From: Chiloscyllium plagiosum
Taxonomy: Eukaryota
Reading direction: 5' to 3'
Assembly (NCBI RefSeq): GCF_004010195.1
Contig: NC_057755.1
Location: forward strand, 3,929,462 to 3,993,461
DNA: 64,000 bases
Numbering within the stretch: the stretch's first letter is position 1; each line of letters starts with the position of its first letter. A program made the translations under genes and the position numbers. The notes below the pieces were generated by a model that was not told the origin of the DNA, did not search any database, and was given only the letters and a program-made list of their open reading frames with translations. This document shows positions 40,383 to 54,040 of the stretch, in pieces.

Positions 40383-43300
40383 TACGATCATGGGGGGGGG
40401 ATATTTTAATCGCCTTAGGGATCCCGAAGTCGACAGGGTGCCAAGGAGCCAGCAGGGAACACCCGCGCAATCTAAGCAGTTAGTGGACATGTGTGAGGAG
40501 TTGAGATGAGTGGATGTATGGAGTCACATCCACCCTAATGGAAGAGACTTTACTTTCTATTCCAACCCACACATTAATTGACTTTTTTTAATGCGATTGG
40601 ATTGTTTGGACAGAGCATTCGTGTGTACAATTGGGAATATAGCTGTCTCGGACAATGCACTAGTATATTTAGATGTTAAAATCAAGCGTGATGGAAGGAT
40701 GCACGGCACTGGCACATGGACCCATTCATGTTAAGGGATGGCAAATTCGTTAAATACATCATAAGAGAGTTCAGGGCCTTCTGCGATATCAACTCTGGTA
40801 CAGCCAGTAATCCAGCAATATTGTGGGAGGCCGCTAAGGCATATTTATGAGGCTTGATCTTTCATATTCAATTACTAGAAGGAGACAGAGGGAGGAGAAA
40901 CAGTAGATGCTGGAGACCGAACTGCAGAAAGCTGAGGAAGTATATTATAATAGGGCTTCATTTGTCAAGCTGGAGCGGGTCACGTTCCTCTGGGCAACTC
41001 TCGACTCAATACACACAGGTGGCAAAAAAGGAGGTCTCCTTCACTGAACAAAGACTGTTTGAATTGGGAGATAAGCCCGGTCGATATCTGGCTAGAAAGA
41101 AAAAATGTTTCCCAATCTATTATGTCCGTCAGGGAGAAATTTGGCACGGTTACCCGTGAGGTGAAGAAGATCAATGTTAGATTTAGGCAATACTTCACAG
41201 AGTTATTCGGTCAGAGGGACACGAACATGGTGCAGCGAGAATGCAGTCCTTTTTTGAGAATCTGGACCACCCCAGTATAAAGGCGGAATAGGTTTCCCAG
41301 TTGAATGCACTTATGATGGTACAGGATGTGCAGTAAGCAATAAGGCATCTCCAGTTTGGCAAAGCACCAGGACAAGATGGATTCCCAAGTGATTTCTATA
41401 AGGAATTCATGAATGTGTTGGTGGAGCCACTTCTGGGGAAGTACAGCTATTCATATACACAGGATTGTCTTGCATCCTCTCTTAGCGAGTCTAATATCTC
41501 CCTCATTTTAAAGAAGGGGAAAGCACCCAAAGAATGTGCTTCATACAGACCAATTTCACGGTTGAATGTAGATTTTAAAATTCTATCGAAGATGCTGGCT
41601 CTGAGGTTAGAAACAGTATTGCCCGATATTATAAAAGAATATCAGAACGGTTTTATTAAGGGCCGTAGCTCCCCCAACAATATCAGGAAGGTACTGAACA
41701 TATTGTAGATTTGGTAGCAAAGATCCTGGGTTTGGTGGTCTTCCTGGATGCAGAAAAGGCATTTGCCTGGATAGAATGGCCGTATCTGTTTGGGATACGA
41801 GAGCTCTTTGGTATTGGGAGGAATCCTTTGCCAGATGCGTGGTGGTATCATATAATGGTAGTCATTACAAACAACACTAAGTCAGATATCTTTAGTATTG
41901 GGAGAGGTAGTCGATGGGAATGTCCTCATTCACTCATGTTATTTACCTTGGCAATAGAGCAGTGAGCTGAGGCTATCAGAAGGGATCCGGGATGGGAATG
42001 GTGGAGCATAAGATTTCCCCATATGTTGATGACATCATTTTATTCTTGGCCAATCTGGAGGCGTCCGGTCCTCGATTGATTCAAACAATTAATTTATTTG
42101 GCAGTTTTTCAGGCTACAGGATCAACTTTACAAAATTGGAAGCAATGCTGGTGAGGTGGGGATTAGTGGAGGTGCCTGATCTGAAGGATGGAATAAAGTT
42201 CCTGTTTAGATAGTCGTCAAAATGCGTTTTTGTATTTGGGAATTTTTATTTCCCCTGCATTCTGCCAGCTGTATAAACTTAACTGTGCACAATTACTGGA
42301 GAGGACAAAACAGGATTTGCAGCAGTGGGAGGGATTAACAATTTCATGGTTAGGCTGAATAGCCATGATCAAAATGAATGTTCTTCCTCGCCTGCTATAC
42401 CCCATGAGAATGTTCCCGTTGTTGTTCCCCTGACAAGTGTTACGGAAGTTGAATGGTTCGCTAGGGTCCTTTATTTGGTTTAACTGGTGCCCCCTACTTA
42501 AATTTGACAAAGTGCACCTGTCACAGGCTGAGGGATGGATGGACCTTCCAGACTTGAAGAGATGTCAAAAAGCGCCCTGTAGAATATGTTGGTGACTGGG
42601 TATGGGAGGATTTGGAGTCGATTTGGCCTGGGGACGTTGACGCCTCGCAGTCGAGATGTCCCCTGGATAAATTATTGCTCATGGATAAAATGAAATCTGT
42701 GACTGAGCAGTGTAAGTTCCCAATCATTTGAAATACAATGAAAGCCTGGAGGATGATGAGGCAAGGCGACGACAATTGGTCAAACGTGTCGCCATTTACC
42801 CATTTGGCAGGAGCCCAAATATTTAAACCTGCGGCAATGGACACGGCTTTAATGTATGGGAGAATAAGGGAACCTCCGGTCTGGCAGATTTATTCGCGGG
42901 GGATGTCTTGATGTAATTTATCCAGCTAGGTCAGAAGTATGGATTGTCTAATAGGGACCTTTTCTGATACTTTCAGCTAAGGGATTATATACAGAGGAAG
43001 ACCTCCCTCCTGGCTCAGTTTTACAGGACAGATGTGGAAAAAAGTGTGCTCTGATGTAAGGGAGCTCTTTCAGTTAGTACTTTGCATTATCTACAGAAGG
43101 GACGTAACTTAGGAGACGTGGAGGGACTCTGTAGGACGTGGAACCGAAAGATAGGAGAGGATATTTCATCACAAGTATGGGAAGATATATGGGAAAACGG
43201 AAGGATAATTTCAGTATGTGACGAAGTGCTGTCCATGCAATTGAAGACTTTACACGGGACTTCTATGGCACCAGACAGACTGGTTAAGTTCAAAAGAGGA

Positions 43301-44085
43301 GTGTGACCAGGGTGTCCCAAATGTAACATTACCAGAGTTATAAGATCCAGTGATGCTAGAGTGCTATAGGAAGGGAGCTAAAGGACATCTGAGTGATTAA
43401 AGTTAATGTGGATGCGGTATTTCTCCTTCTGGGGTTGCCAATTTTGCCCTCTCTGGGGGAACACGGGAAGAGATTCTGACCCACTGTGTAAGGAAGAGCA
43501 TTTTCATGAATTGGAGGTTGGAAAAACCCCAAGAACTTATGAGTTGGCGCAGGCTGGTGTTGGAGCATCTCCACCAAGACTACCTCACAAATATGGTACA
43601 TCACAAAATGGAGCAATTTTACAAGACGTGGTGGCCCTTTCTAAATTATATTGACGCAGAGTTATCAGCAATATTAATTACGGCCGTGGTATAGCCGTGC
43701 AAATCAGTATGGGCGACCGTTGGACTCCGGGAGGAGGAGGCTGGGGGAAATGTATGCGGGTACGATGACTGGAGCTCCCTGGCATGGGAGCCTCAGTGGA
43801 TGTGTGGAGAGTGAGCAAGAATCTTTATTTGATAAAGTTTAATTGAAGTTAACTTGAATATCAGTTTAAATTAATTTTCATTTAATTTGTTTTGAGTTTA
43901 GTTTAAGTTAAGTAGATCCATTTGTTATGATAGAATAGTGACTCGTTCATTATTAATAGTATCGTGATATGACATTGTTGTATTGCCTCTATCTTTCTGC
44001 ATTTTGGTATTGTTTTTTCTTGCGTATAGATTTCTTCTAAAAGATTTGATAAAGTTTCTAATAAAAATATTTATATATATAAAAA
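40383..44085 (+). mobile_element. L1-clade LINE ORF2 (5'-truncated, inactivated) inserted into CR1
   Basis: GGDFN-like start, KAPGQDG, YRPISRLNVDFKILSK, LDAEKAF, YVDD, IKMNVLPRLLYP; A/T-rich 3' end ataaaaatatttatatatataaaaa. Confidence 0.9.
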
Positions 44086-44690
44086 CGAAGGCTTTTATTG
44101 GTAGTTGGTTGAATTTCAGAGACATAAAGTCATGCTGCAGCTGTACAAATTTCTGGTGCAGCCACACTCAGAGTATTGTGTACAGTTCTGGTCGGCACAT
44201 TATAGTGTTGGAGTGTTGGAAAGGATTCAGAGGAAATTTACGAGGATGTTGCCTGTTATGGAGGGAAGGTCTGATGAGGAAAGGCTGAGGGACTGGAGTC
44301 TGTTTTCGTTAGAGAGAAGAAGGTTAAGTGGTGACTTAACAGAGGTATACAACGTGTCAGGTGATTAGATATGTTGGACTATGAGAGACTTTTTCCTCAG
44401 CTGGTGATGACTAGCACAAGGGGACATAGCTTTAAATTGATGGGTGATGGATATAGGCAGATGTCAGAGGTAGGTTCTTTACTCAGAAATTAGTAATGGT
44501 GTGGAATGCCCTGCCTGCGACAGTTGTAAACTTGGCAACTTTAAGGGCATTTAAATGGTCGTTGTATAGACATATGGATGATCATCGACGACTGTAGTGT
44601 AGATGGGCTTCAGATCCATTTCAGAGCGAAACATTGAGGGCCAAAGGGCTGGTACTGTGTTGTACTGTTCTATGTTCTATATGTTCTGTT
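44086..44690 (+). mobile_element. CR1 LINE 3' end
   Basis: LQLYKFLV..EYCVQFWS; tgttctatgttcta tail. Confidence 0.88.
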
Positions 44691-44945
44691 CAAGTTAGGG
44701 GCGGTAGGGGGCTGAGTTGGCGGAGGAAAGATGAGAGTATTGAACGGAAGTTGGGCTGCAGCTGTTCAAGGACCCAGCTCAGCACCACCTTCTCAAGGGG
44801 CATCTAGTGACGGTAATAAACACTCGTGCAACCAGAGAGACCCACATCCCATGACTAAATTATATTTAAAAAATCATTATCTGGGAACAATGGATCCTAC
44901 TGTGGGCTCCACGGAGGAGTTTAATTTTTTCATAAAGCAAGGAAT

Positions 44946-45803
44946 TCATGTAACCAGGTATTTTACTGCGTTACTGATCTTCGCTGTGTACTGGGACAAT
45001 GTTGCCACATAAATAAATGTGTTCCGCAGCATGAAGCCAACTTGCCTGAAGTGATGCAAGAAAGGAGAGAAATCATCAGGATCTATTGCTTGAATGACAT
45101 AATATAAGAAATTTACAGCATAGATTAACCACAGGAGGATGAAACTCCCAGAAATGGTGAAGAGTAAAATCACAGCCTTCCTTCTGCTCTCCATTTCTGG
45201 ATCTCTGTGATTCTCACCTTTGCTCTTACCCTTCAGCCTCTTGCGGACTCGACTGATCACTAAAATGTGTCTGACTGTCAGAACATTGAGCAACAGAATT
45301 AAAGTGAATGGCAGTAAAGGTGTCAAAATTGTATCAAGTCAATCCAATACCAACCACCAAGTCTCAGTATAGTAGCTTGATTTTATTACAGTACAATGAC
45401 ACATTGTTGATTATTGTACGAGGTTCATATTGAAAATAGAAGGGGATGTTTTTCAAACAGAACAGGTTGCAGGTTGTTGCTAGAACCACAGTCGCAGTTT
45501 TCTCAGTGCAAACTTTTGCTTTCAGATTCAGACAACAAATGGTCACAAATCAGTCAAAGGACAAAGTGATGGTGAAGCAGACAGAGCAGTCAGTGGCTGC
45601 ACAATATAAGACCTCAATAACACTGCACGCAGGTGTGATGTCCAGGAAGCACAATGTGTAATAATAATAGGGAAACCTTCTCAGTGTAAAATCAGTGATA
45701 ATCAACATCAGACCAGCAGCTGCCATAACCACCAGGTAACGAGTAGTGCAAGAAGACACACCACGTTTTCTATTTGAAAGGATTCCAATCGCTAGAAAAT
45801 TAA
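44946..45803 (-). pseudogene. GPR139-like GPCR pseudogene, exon 2
   Basis: Three ORF pieces align with the 58184-59061 protein. Lesions: acceptor AG->AA (45805-45804), TGA in DRF (45552-45550), 2-nt deletion near 45383, TGA at 45341-45339, 18-nt deletion of LSCCTN in TM7. Confidence 0.92.
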
Positions 45804-47241
45804 TTGTGGGAGACAAATTGGAAAATACATGGTGAATTACAAATCATAAATTCCTCTCGCTGTTCCAGAGAGCAACATTAAGATTTTACCATCAAAAATC
45901 AGCACACTGTGTTAGTGGAAGTGATTGAGGTTAAATGAGTTTGAATCTTAAGACTTTGACATCCAGCTCAAACTTTCCTCCAGCCCAATTATTCCCGAGA
46001 GTACGGAGATTGGACAGGGACTGCGCTCACCATCCCTTCTATGGTAGCAGAAGGAAGTCTGTGATCATTTTTTGGTTGCAAGGTAATCACTTGAGTGACT
46101 GCAATAAATTATTAAAGTTCATGGCTCCAACTCTGGCAGACATAGAACATCATTCGGAACCTCACTCCCAACTCAGTCATAGGACTGGTACATTTGATAA
46201 ACCAAACTCGCCCTTTTTCTTGGATTAGGTCATCCCCTGCTCTAAGCATTGGACCAAATCCTGATCGGAGGCATAGCAGGGCCAGAAAACAAGTCATTAG
46301 AACCTGAGTAAGATTTCAAACAAGATACTCCATGTGTCTTACACAAGTACAACATAACAGGACATTCAGAGACTCAATAGTTACAGCGTGTGAATGTTAG
46401 GCCTTCTGTGATATGCGCACTGTGAAGCTGGACATGTGAACATGACAAACGTCGTGACTTGCAGGGATCGGTGGGACAAGCCGTCAAGATTTGAAATAAT
46501 TGACCAGAGACGGTGAGAACGATATAATTGAGAAAGAGATGGTGGTTAGATGAATCTTTGCAAATCAAAACAGGGCTTATATTCTTCAAATCCTTTGCTT
46601 ATCAAAATAATGTCTCATTTAAATTGACCAAATGATCCAATAACCACTGCCATTTGTACAAGAGAGTTCTAAAACTCCGTTAACCTTTGTGTTTACAAAT
46701 GCTTCTAAGCATCTCTGCTGAACGTTCTGGCACTAATTCTCAGGCTCTGCTCCCTCATTCCAGAATCTTCAACAATGGAAATTGTTTCTTTTTTCCTGTT
46801 TATATGTTGTAGTACTTTGCTCAGATCATCCCTTTACCTTCAACGTTCTCATAAAAACAGGCCTCATTTGTATACCAAAAACAACAATAGCTCAGCAGGA
46901 CTGCCAACGTTTGTGGGAGAGAGAGCAGTGTTAACATGTCAGGCCCAGTGATCCTTCTTCAGAACTAACTTGCCTGATCTCTCTTCATACCCTCACATTG
47001 TATGAAACTGGAACGGATGGCAGAACACTGAGATCAGAGAATACTGCAGGAGCAGTGATGTTGGGATGCTCTAACAGTGGAGATTTGTACCGAGAATGCT
47101 GCTCAGTGAATCGCTATCACTGTTCTCGTGTCTGGATAAGGCTGACCAGTCAGTGAGCTGTAGTCATTATTGTTCAAATGATAAAATCAGCGAACAGATC
47201 AGCAGCAGATTAAAACAAGATCACTTCTCATAAAGACATAC

Positions 47242-47308
47242 GAGAGATGCTAATAAAAGCAAGGATGCTGTAGAATACTCTCTTCACGTGTTGAATTGTT
47301 TGATGCAT
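47242..47308 (-). pseudogene. GPR139-like GPCR pseudogene, exon 1 (MHQTIQHVKRVFYSILAFISIS)
   Basis: 67-nt exon homologous to 54564-54630, followed by donor gtatgt (47241-47236). Same phase 1. Confidence 0.85.
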
Positions 47309-48389
47309 TTTTCCCTGCGAGGTGACCTGCCCATTCAGGCAGCTGACAAGTTCCTTTTTTGAAACGCTGAGCTGATGAATTCTCAGAGACGCTGACTTAT
47401 ACTGCGTGGAATTTCCTTGGGGAGATCGAAGATACAGCTTCATTGTTGTTTTTCAAATTTCTGCCAATGAACAAAGTAAGTACAACATTACATTTAATCC
47501 CGATTATGAAGGAATGTTGCTACTTATACATTGTAACAAAATAATAAAAACAGAATTTGGAATCGGACAGCAATAATATTGTCCAATCAGACACCAGGAC
47601 TCCCATCCCGAGATCACAAAATATTTCAACCGATGCCTCATCGAGTAAGTTTACTCTGAGTGTGAATATATATCTCAGAGTTGTCCTTCTGCACTGTAGG
47701 GTAGGAACTGCCTCTTTAAAAAATAACATTACACTCCCTGATTGAAATGCGATTCTTCCCACACAGTGAATGTGTGCATGCATTCCCCATTCCCTATTTC
47801 CCTATTTCACATGAAGGACCGAGTGAGGAGAACATACTGCTTTACTGAGGGAAGGGGACTCAGTGAATAAGATGGGCTTCCAACAATGGAGACATCACTG
47901 ACGTCCCTCTGACTGACACTGTCCAACCCGATACACTGACCTCTCCGCCCTTTTTGTCGCTCTCTATCCCCACGTTTTCTTGTCTTTCCCTGTTTATAAT
48001 GTCAATGCCAGTGCTGTGCTATCATAAAATGGCTGCTGTGTACAAATCTAAAATGGTTGATGGACGGACACGTTCGGAATCCATTCTCCCAGATTTGCAC
48101 CTCACAGTTTGTACATGACCACATCTTAGCCTCCTGCAGATGGGATACAGTGAGATGGGGAGCAATGTTAGACTTGGAGGAACAATAGAGACTCAATGGT
48201 CCAATGTTAATCTGAGGGCAGGAACAAATAAGTTATGGATCTGGAACTCTGTCAGCACAGGTGAGGGAGGATTTGTGAAAAGCTTTTTTCAAATTTGGTC
48301 ACATTGTCCTATGATTTGTGTACAAAGATCAGGAAAAATATGTATGATATTTAATATGTACTGGAATAAAGGAGTACTTGACCCTAATG

Positions 48390-48393
<4 letters not shown>

Positions 48394-48420
<27 letters not shown>

Positions 48421-48480
48421 TACACACACAACACATACACTCACGTACACACGCACACACACACATACACATACAAATAC
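48394..48480. repeat. (CA)n microsatellite
   Basis: Imperfect CA run. Confidence 0.9.
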
Positions 48481-48484
48481 AGTG

Positions 48485-48715
48485 ACTAGAGTCAAAGGGT
48501 GTGCTGCTGGAAACCACAGCTGGTCAGGCAGCCTTCGAGGAGGAGGAGAGTTAACATTTCGAGCATAAGCTCTTCATCAACACATTCCTGACTAAGAGCT
48601 TATGCTCGAAACGTCGACTCTCCTGCTCCTCGGATGCTGCCTGACCGGCTGTGCTTTTCCAGCACCATACTCTTTGATTCTGATCTCGAGCATCTGCAGT
48701 CATCACTTTCTCCAC
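48485..48715. mobile_element. Inverted pair of Penelope terminal repeats
   Basis: 48488-48578 is the approximate reverse complement of 48590-48680. Confidence 0.85.
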
Positions 48716-48719
48716 ACGC

Positions 48720-50660
48720 TGTGACTATGCTGTCTCTTTAAAAAGTTATTTCCTTCTGGGTCTTTGGGAAGAGAGGTTGTTAAGGCAGAGGTGCTGAAGA
48801 GTCGAAAGTGCTAAAAGATAAAACAGGTGAACAATGGAACCGGAGTAGCTAATTCTCTAATTTCAGGGTTTCTAGTTTTAAATATCTGCAGCAATTAGAG
48901 GATGATTTGAGTACTGGACGGGTTGCACACCTCAGTAAATGATTCCTGACTGACTCTGTCTGAAATCTCTCTCTGGATATTGTTCCCTCCTGTCTGTAAA
49001 TATCTGCGTTTGAATTTACCTTTTGTCAAGCAATGTATTTATGGGATATTACTGGATTGGAATAGTTAATTAGTTAAGTATCAGATTGGTTAAACTTTTC
49101 AATAGTTAAGTTGTTCTAAGTTCTGCTTTCTTTTGTTCATGTTTCAACTGTAGGTTTTAAATAAATTGTGTTTTGCTTAAAGCCGGGTGCTTTGACCAGC
49201 TGCATCATACCTGGAACACCCACTTCACATCTGCCTTTAAAATAAGAAAAATGTTAGGGTTTAGGCTACCTCATTCAATTATTTGGAGGGGGACTGGCTT
49301 GGTCCATAACAGATTGGAGGCTCTTCTGAGATCATTGGATGTTTCCATTTGGTTTTTCGGCTTGTTAGACTCAAAGGCAGCGAATGGTAGGTGTTAGTGT
49401 CTTTTATTCTCTGAAACAACCTACAAGTTGGCATCCTATGTCCTCGATGTAGAGGAGATCACATCGGGGGTGTAATAGACACAGTAGATTAAGTGTTGGA
49501 TGTACAGTAGATGATCAGTGTGGAAGTGCATCTCCGGCAAATTTATGGATCATTTAAGTGAACTTCTCTGGGACACGCACATCAACCAACCCCATTGCCC
49601 CAAGACTGTCCCTCCCATTCTACCAAGTACATGCAGGTCCTGGGCCTCGTACATTGCCAACGCCTGGAGGAAGAAAACTTCATCTTCCACTTTGGGAACC
49701 AGCAACCAGAGGTGTTTATGTGGATTGCACCATTTTTCTAATTTCCCTTCCCCTAATCTATCCCAGTACCAAGAATCCAATTTAGCACCATCCCCCTTGA
49801 CCGATCTTACCTGTGTCCACTTTCCTTCTCAACTATCCATTCCACCCTCCCCTCCAACCTATCAGTTCCATTCCCATCTTCATCTATATATCATATTCTC
49901 AGCTACCTTCCCACCAGCACTATCTTCCTCCGATTTATCTCCCAGCCCCCCAGGCCTATTGGCCTCATTCCTAATGAAGGGGTTTTTGCATGAAACATTG
50001 ATCATCCTCCCCCTTGGATGCTGCCTGGCCAGCTGTGATTTTCCAGCACCACACTGTCTGCTCTGAACTCCAACATCTGCAATCCCCACTCTCTCCCAGA
50101 AGCTGACAGACAATGTTTCAGGACTCTCAGGAGGGACCCTGGTCAAACATGCATTGAACTTGAAAGGCTCAAACAAAGTCATTTTGATAGACGGATGTGG
50201 ATACTGAAGATAGATCTAACATATAATACTCTTAGAGAGTTGATTATTTGGAGGAATTCAGAAATTCCCTCCGAGGTAGTGAGAGCTCATTTGGAAGAGC
50301 AGAGAATTCAAACGGCAAGATTAGCAGCTGAAATGGCTCCTAATTATGAGTTGGTTATCAAATCAAGGTGTGACTTCCAACATAATTTCAATTCATGAGA
50401 GATAGAAATTATGGAAAAGAAATCTTCAGGTGGGAAGGGAAAAGTCAATCTCAGTGACGATAATAAAGACATCTTAACACAGGGCAAAAAGGCAACCCAT
50501 GAAGGGGGAAGAGAAGTTAAAAAGCTCCAGTGTATTCACTGCAATAATGTAGCCACATGAAGTCACAGTGTTGGTGGAAAGACTTTATTCAAATGGTAAT
50601 CGAAGGTACGGTGGAGGCTAAAAACCTGCACCAGAAAATTCAACCTAGCTGGAGGGTGGG
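48720..50660 (+). mobile_element. Second Gmr1-type Gypsy remnant (LTR 48720-49311, PBS, gag piece), interrupted by Penelope at about 49415-50095
   Basis: TG...CA LTR, PBS-like tggaggctcttctgagat, and gag EVVRAHLEEQR and CIHCNN.. matching 33900-34210. Confidence 0.8.
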
Positions 50661-51394
50661 AGAAATAAAGAGCCAGTGCTTCTACAGTGAAGATGTTATG
50701 AAACTTCAAATTTTCCCTGGAACATTGGAGGCTGAGGGGTGACCATGTACTGGTTTATAAAATCATGATGGGCAGGAAAGGATGATTAGGTAAGATATTT
50801 TCTCTGGGGTGAAATAATCCAAATTTGGGGCAACGATTTAAGGTGGAAGGAGCAAGGTATAAAAGGGACCTAAGGGGTCCAGAGGGATGCATAGGGTGAT
50901 GTGTGTATGGAATGAGCTGCCAGATGAAGTGGTGCAGGATTGTTGTTTTTACAACATTTACAAGGCATCTGGATGGATACTTGAATAAGAAGGGTTTAGA
51001 GGGCTGAAATGCTGGCAAATGGGACTAGATTTAAGTCAGATATCTGGTCAGTATGAACAAGATGGACTGAATGGTCTGTTTCCATGCTGCAGACCTCGAT
51101 AACTCTATGACTGAATATATTCAGTGGCCTGATGTCCTGCACACTCGAGGGTAGTAAATTCCACAGATTCAAGATCCATTGGGAAGTAATTCCTCCTCAT
51201 CTCTGTTTTAAATCTGCCATCCCCTTATCCTAAACTATACCCTCTCGTTCCAGAATGTCCCACTGAGGAAAACATCCTCTCTACCTCGTCAAACTTCTTG
51301 TGCAACCTGTGGAGACAGTGATGTAAAATCGCAGTTGTACAGCAATTTTCCATCAGTCTTTATTATTAAAAATACAACACCCACAGCTGTACTC

Positions 51395-52270
51395 CGGAGG
51401 AGGCAATGGCATTGGGTATTATCGCTGGACTGTTAACCCTGAGACCCAGAGAATGTTCTGACCACCTCGGTTTGAACCCTGCCATGGCAGGCACTGAGAT
51501 TTGAATTCAATAAAATATCTGAAATTTTATTTAATAACGTTCATGAATTAATTGCTGGGAGACAAGAAAAAAAATCCACAATAAAGACTGATGTGAAATA
51601 TGTATAACTGCCATTTTCCACCATGGGCAGCATGGTGACTCAGTGATTAACACTGCTGCCTCACAGGTACTCAGGTTCGATTCCAGCCTTGGGCGACAGT
51701 GTGCATGGTGTTTGCACATTCTCCGCGTGTCTGCATGGATTTCCTCTGGGTGCTCCAGTTTCCTCCCACCACCCAAAAGATGTGCAGGTCAGGGAAAGCG
51801 GTCATGCTAAATTGCTCATAGTGTTCGGTGCATTCGTCAGGGGTAAATATAGGGAATGGGAATGGGTCTGAGTGGGTTACTGTTCGGAGGGTCAGTGTAG
51901 ATTTATTGGGCGGAACAGCCTCTTTCCATACTGGAGGTAATCTAAGCTAATCACTGCCTCTGCATATTGTGAAAGAAGTTTTATGAGGTAGAGAGGACAT
52001 TCTCATTAATGCCCTTTAGGGAAGCAAACTGCCATCGTTACCTGGTGTGGCCATGTGATTCCAGACTCACAGCAATGTTGTTAATTCTGAACTGCCCTGA
52101 TTGTGGGTATGTTCACTCAGCGGGGAAGTTGATTGCAGACATTTTGACCCGTCTGAGTGACATCTTCAGTGTTTTGGAGTCTCCTGTGAAGCGCTGCTTT
52201 ACTGTTGGTACTCTGAACGGCCCGCTGGGCAATTAGCGATGACATTAAATGCTGCCAAGTCAGTGATGCC
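51395..52270 (+). mobile_element. tRNA-derived SINE with L2-like tail, carrying nested insertions
   Basis: tRNA-like head (ggtttgaaccctgcc) and tail gggcaattagcgatg. Related copy at about 60040-60320. Confidence 0.6.
51625..51952 (+). mobile_element. tRNA-derived SINE (HE1/V-SINE-like)
   Basis: A box tgactcagtga, B box ggttcgattcc (51674-51684), same body as 6440-6775. Confidence 0.85.
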
Positions 52271-52279
52271 CTAACAGTT

Positions 52280-53490
52280 TCATAGGAACAGAAGTAGGAT
52301 CAGGTCATTTGGCTCCTCGAGCCAGCTCCATCATTCATTAAGATCATGACTGTTCTAGCCATTGTCTCAGCTCCTCTTACCTGCACTATCCCCATTACAA
52401 ATAATTACCCAATCGTGCAAAACCTCATCCAGCCGTGTCTTGAGTAGATTTAATTAAGTTACCTCTATCGCTTCCTTGGGCAAAGAATTTCATAGATTTA
52501 TCCCTCTCTGGGAAAAGCAGTTCCTCATTTTCTCTGTCATATATCTATCTACACCCCCACCTCCCCGGAATCCTGAGGGTCTCTACCCTCGTCCTAGTCT
52601 CACCCATCAGTGGAAATAGTTTGTCTGCCTCCATCTTATCTACCCCTTTCATAATGTCACATTTCTATAAGATCCCCTCTCATTCTTCCAAATTCTGGTG
52701 AGTACAGTCCAAGACGGTTCAACTCTCCTCACAGGGTAACACCTTCATCTCCAGAATAAACAAGTCGAACCTCCAAAGCACTGCCTCCAAAGTCAGGATA
52801 TATTTACTCAAGTATGGAGACCAGAACTGCACAAAATACTCCAGGTGCGGCCTCACCAACAGCTTGAACATTGCAGTAGAACCTCCCTGCTCTTAGGTTC
52901 AGTCCCTCCACCAATGAACGCCACTATTCCATATGGCTTCCTGTTTACGTGTGGTACCTGCAAATCAACTTTTAGAGATTCATGTACAAGCACTCCTAAG
53001 TTCCTCTGCACAACAGCATGCTGCAAACGTTAACCATTTAAATAATATTCTGACCTACTATTTTTATTTTCAAAGTGGATAACTTCACATTTACCAAAAT
53101 TGTAGTCCATATGCCAGATCCTTGCCCACTCGCTTAACCGATCGAAATCTCTCTCTGCAGACCCTCCACAGTTTTCCTTTCCATTCAGTTTACCGTCATC
53201 AGCAAAAATGCATATGTTACAGTCGGTCTCCTCTTCCAAATCATTTATATGTTTCACGAACAGTTGTAGTCCCAACACAGAGCCCTGTGGCATCCCACTC
53301 ACCAGTGATCTCCAACCACACAAACACCCATTTATCCCAGCTCTTTGCTGTCTGTGAGTTAACCAGTCCATACGAGCGCATTCCCCACAAATCCATGCAT
53401 CCTTACATCATGGAAGAGTCTTTTATGCGGCTGCTTATCGAATGTGTTCTGGAAATCCAACTACACAACATCTACCTGCTCCCCTCCATC
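52280..53490 (-). mobile_element. CR1 LINE 3' fragment
   Basis: GMPQGSVLG, INDLE, FADD, KCEVIHF. Confidence 0.88.
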
Positions 53491-54040
53491 CACCACGCTT
53501 GGCTGGGCATCTTCTGGAATACTATATTCCGTACTGGTCTCCCTGCTACAGAAAAACCGTTTTCGAAACTCGAAATGGTTCAGAAAAGATTTACAAGAAT
53601 GTTTCCAGGGTTGGAGAATTTGAGCTACAGGGAGAGGCTGAACAGGCTCGGGCTGTTTTCTCTGGCGCGTCAGAGGCTGAGGGGTGACCTTATAGAGGTT
53701 TATAAAATCATGAGGGGCGTGAATAGGGTATTTTCCCTGAGATGGGAGAGACAAGAACTAGAGGGCATAGGTTTAGGTTGAGAGGGAAAATATATAAAAG
53801 AGACCTAAGGAGCAACATTTTCATGCAAAGTGGAATGAGCTACCGGAGGACGTGGTGGAGGATGGTACAATTACAACATTCAAAAGGCATCTGGGTGGGA
53901 ACATGAATTGGATGGGTTTAGAGGGATATGGGTCACATGCTGTCAAATGGGACGAGATTAAATCATGTTATCTGGTTGGCATGGACGAGTTCGACCGAAG
54001 TGTCTGTTTCCATGCTATACATCTCTATGACTCTTTGACT
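53491..54040 (+). mobile_element. CR1 LINE 3' fragment
   Basis: VQKRFTRMFPGL, LRGDLIEVYKIM; ctctatgactct tail. Confidence 0.88.

Larger units (their letters stand above)
44880..47770 (-). repeat. Inverted segmental duplication arm (paralogous to about 54090-59130)
   Basis: Upstream region, exon 1, intron blocks (46900-47220 vs 54650-54900; 46400-46520 vs 56440-56530), acceptor region and exon 2 match as reverse complements. Confidence 0.85.
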
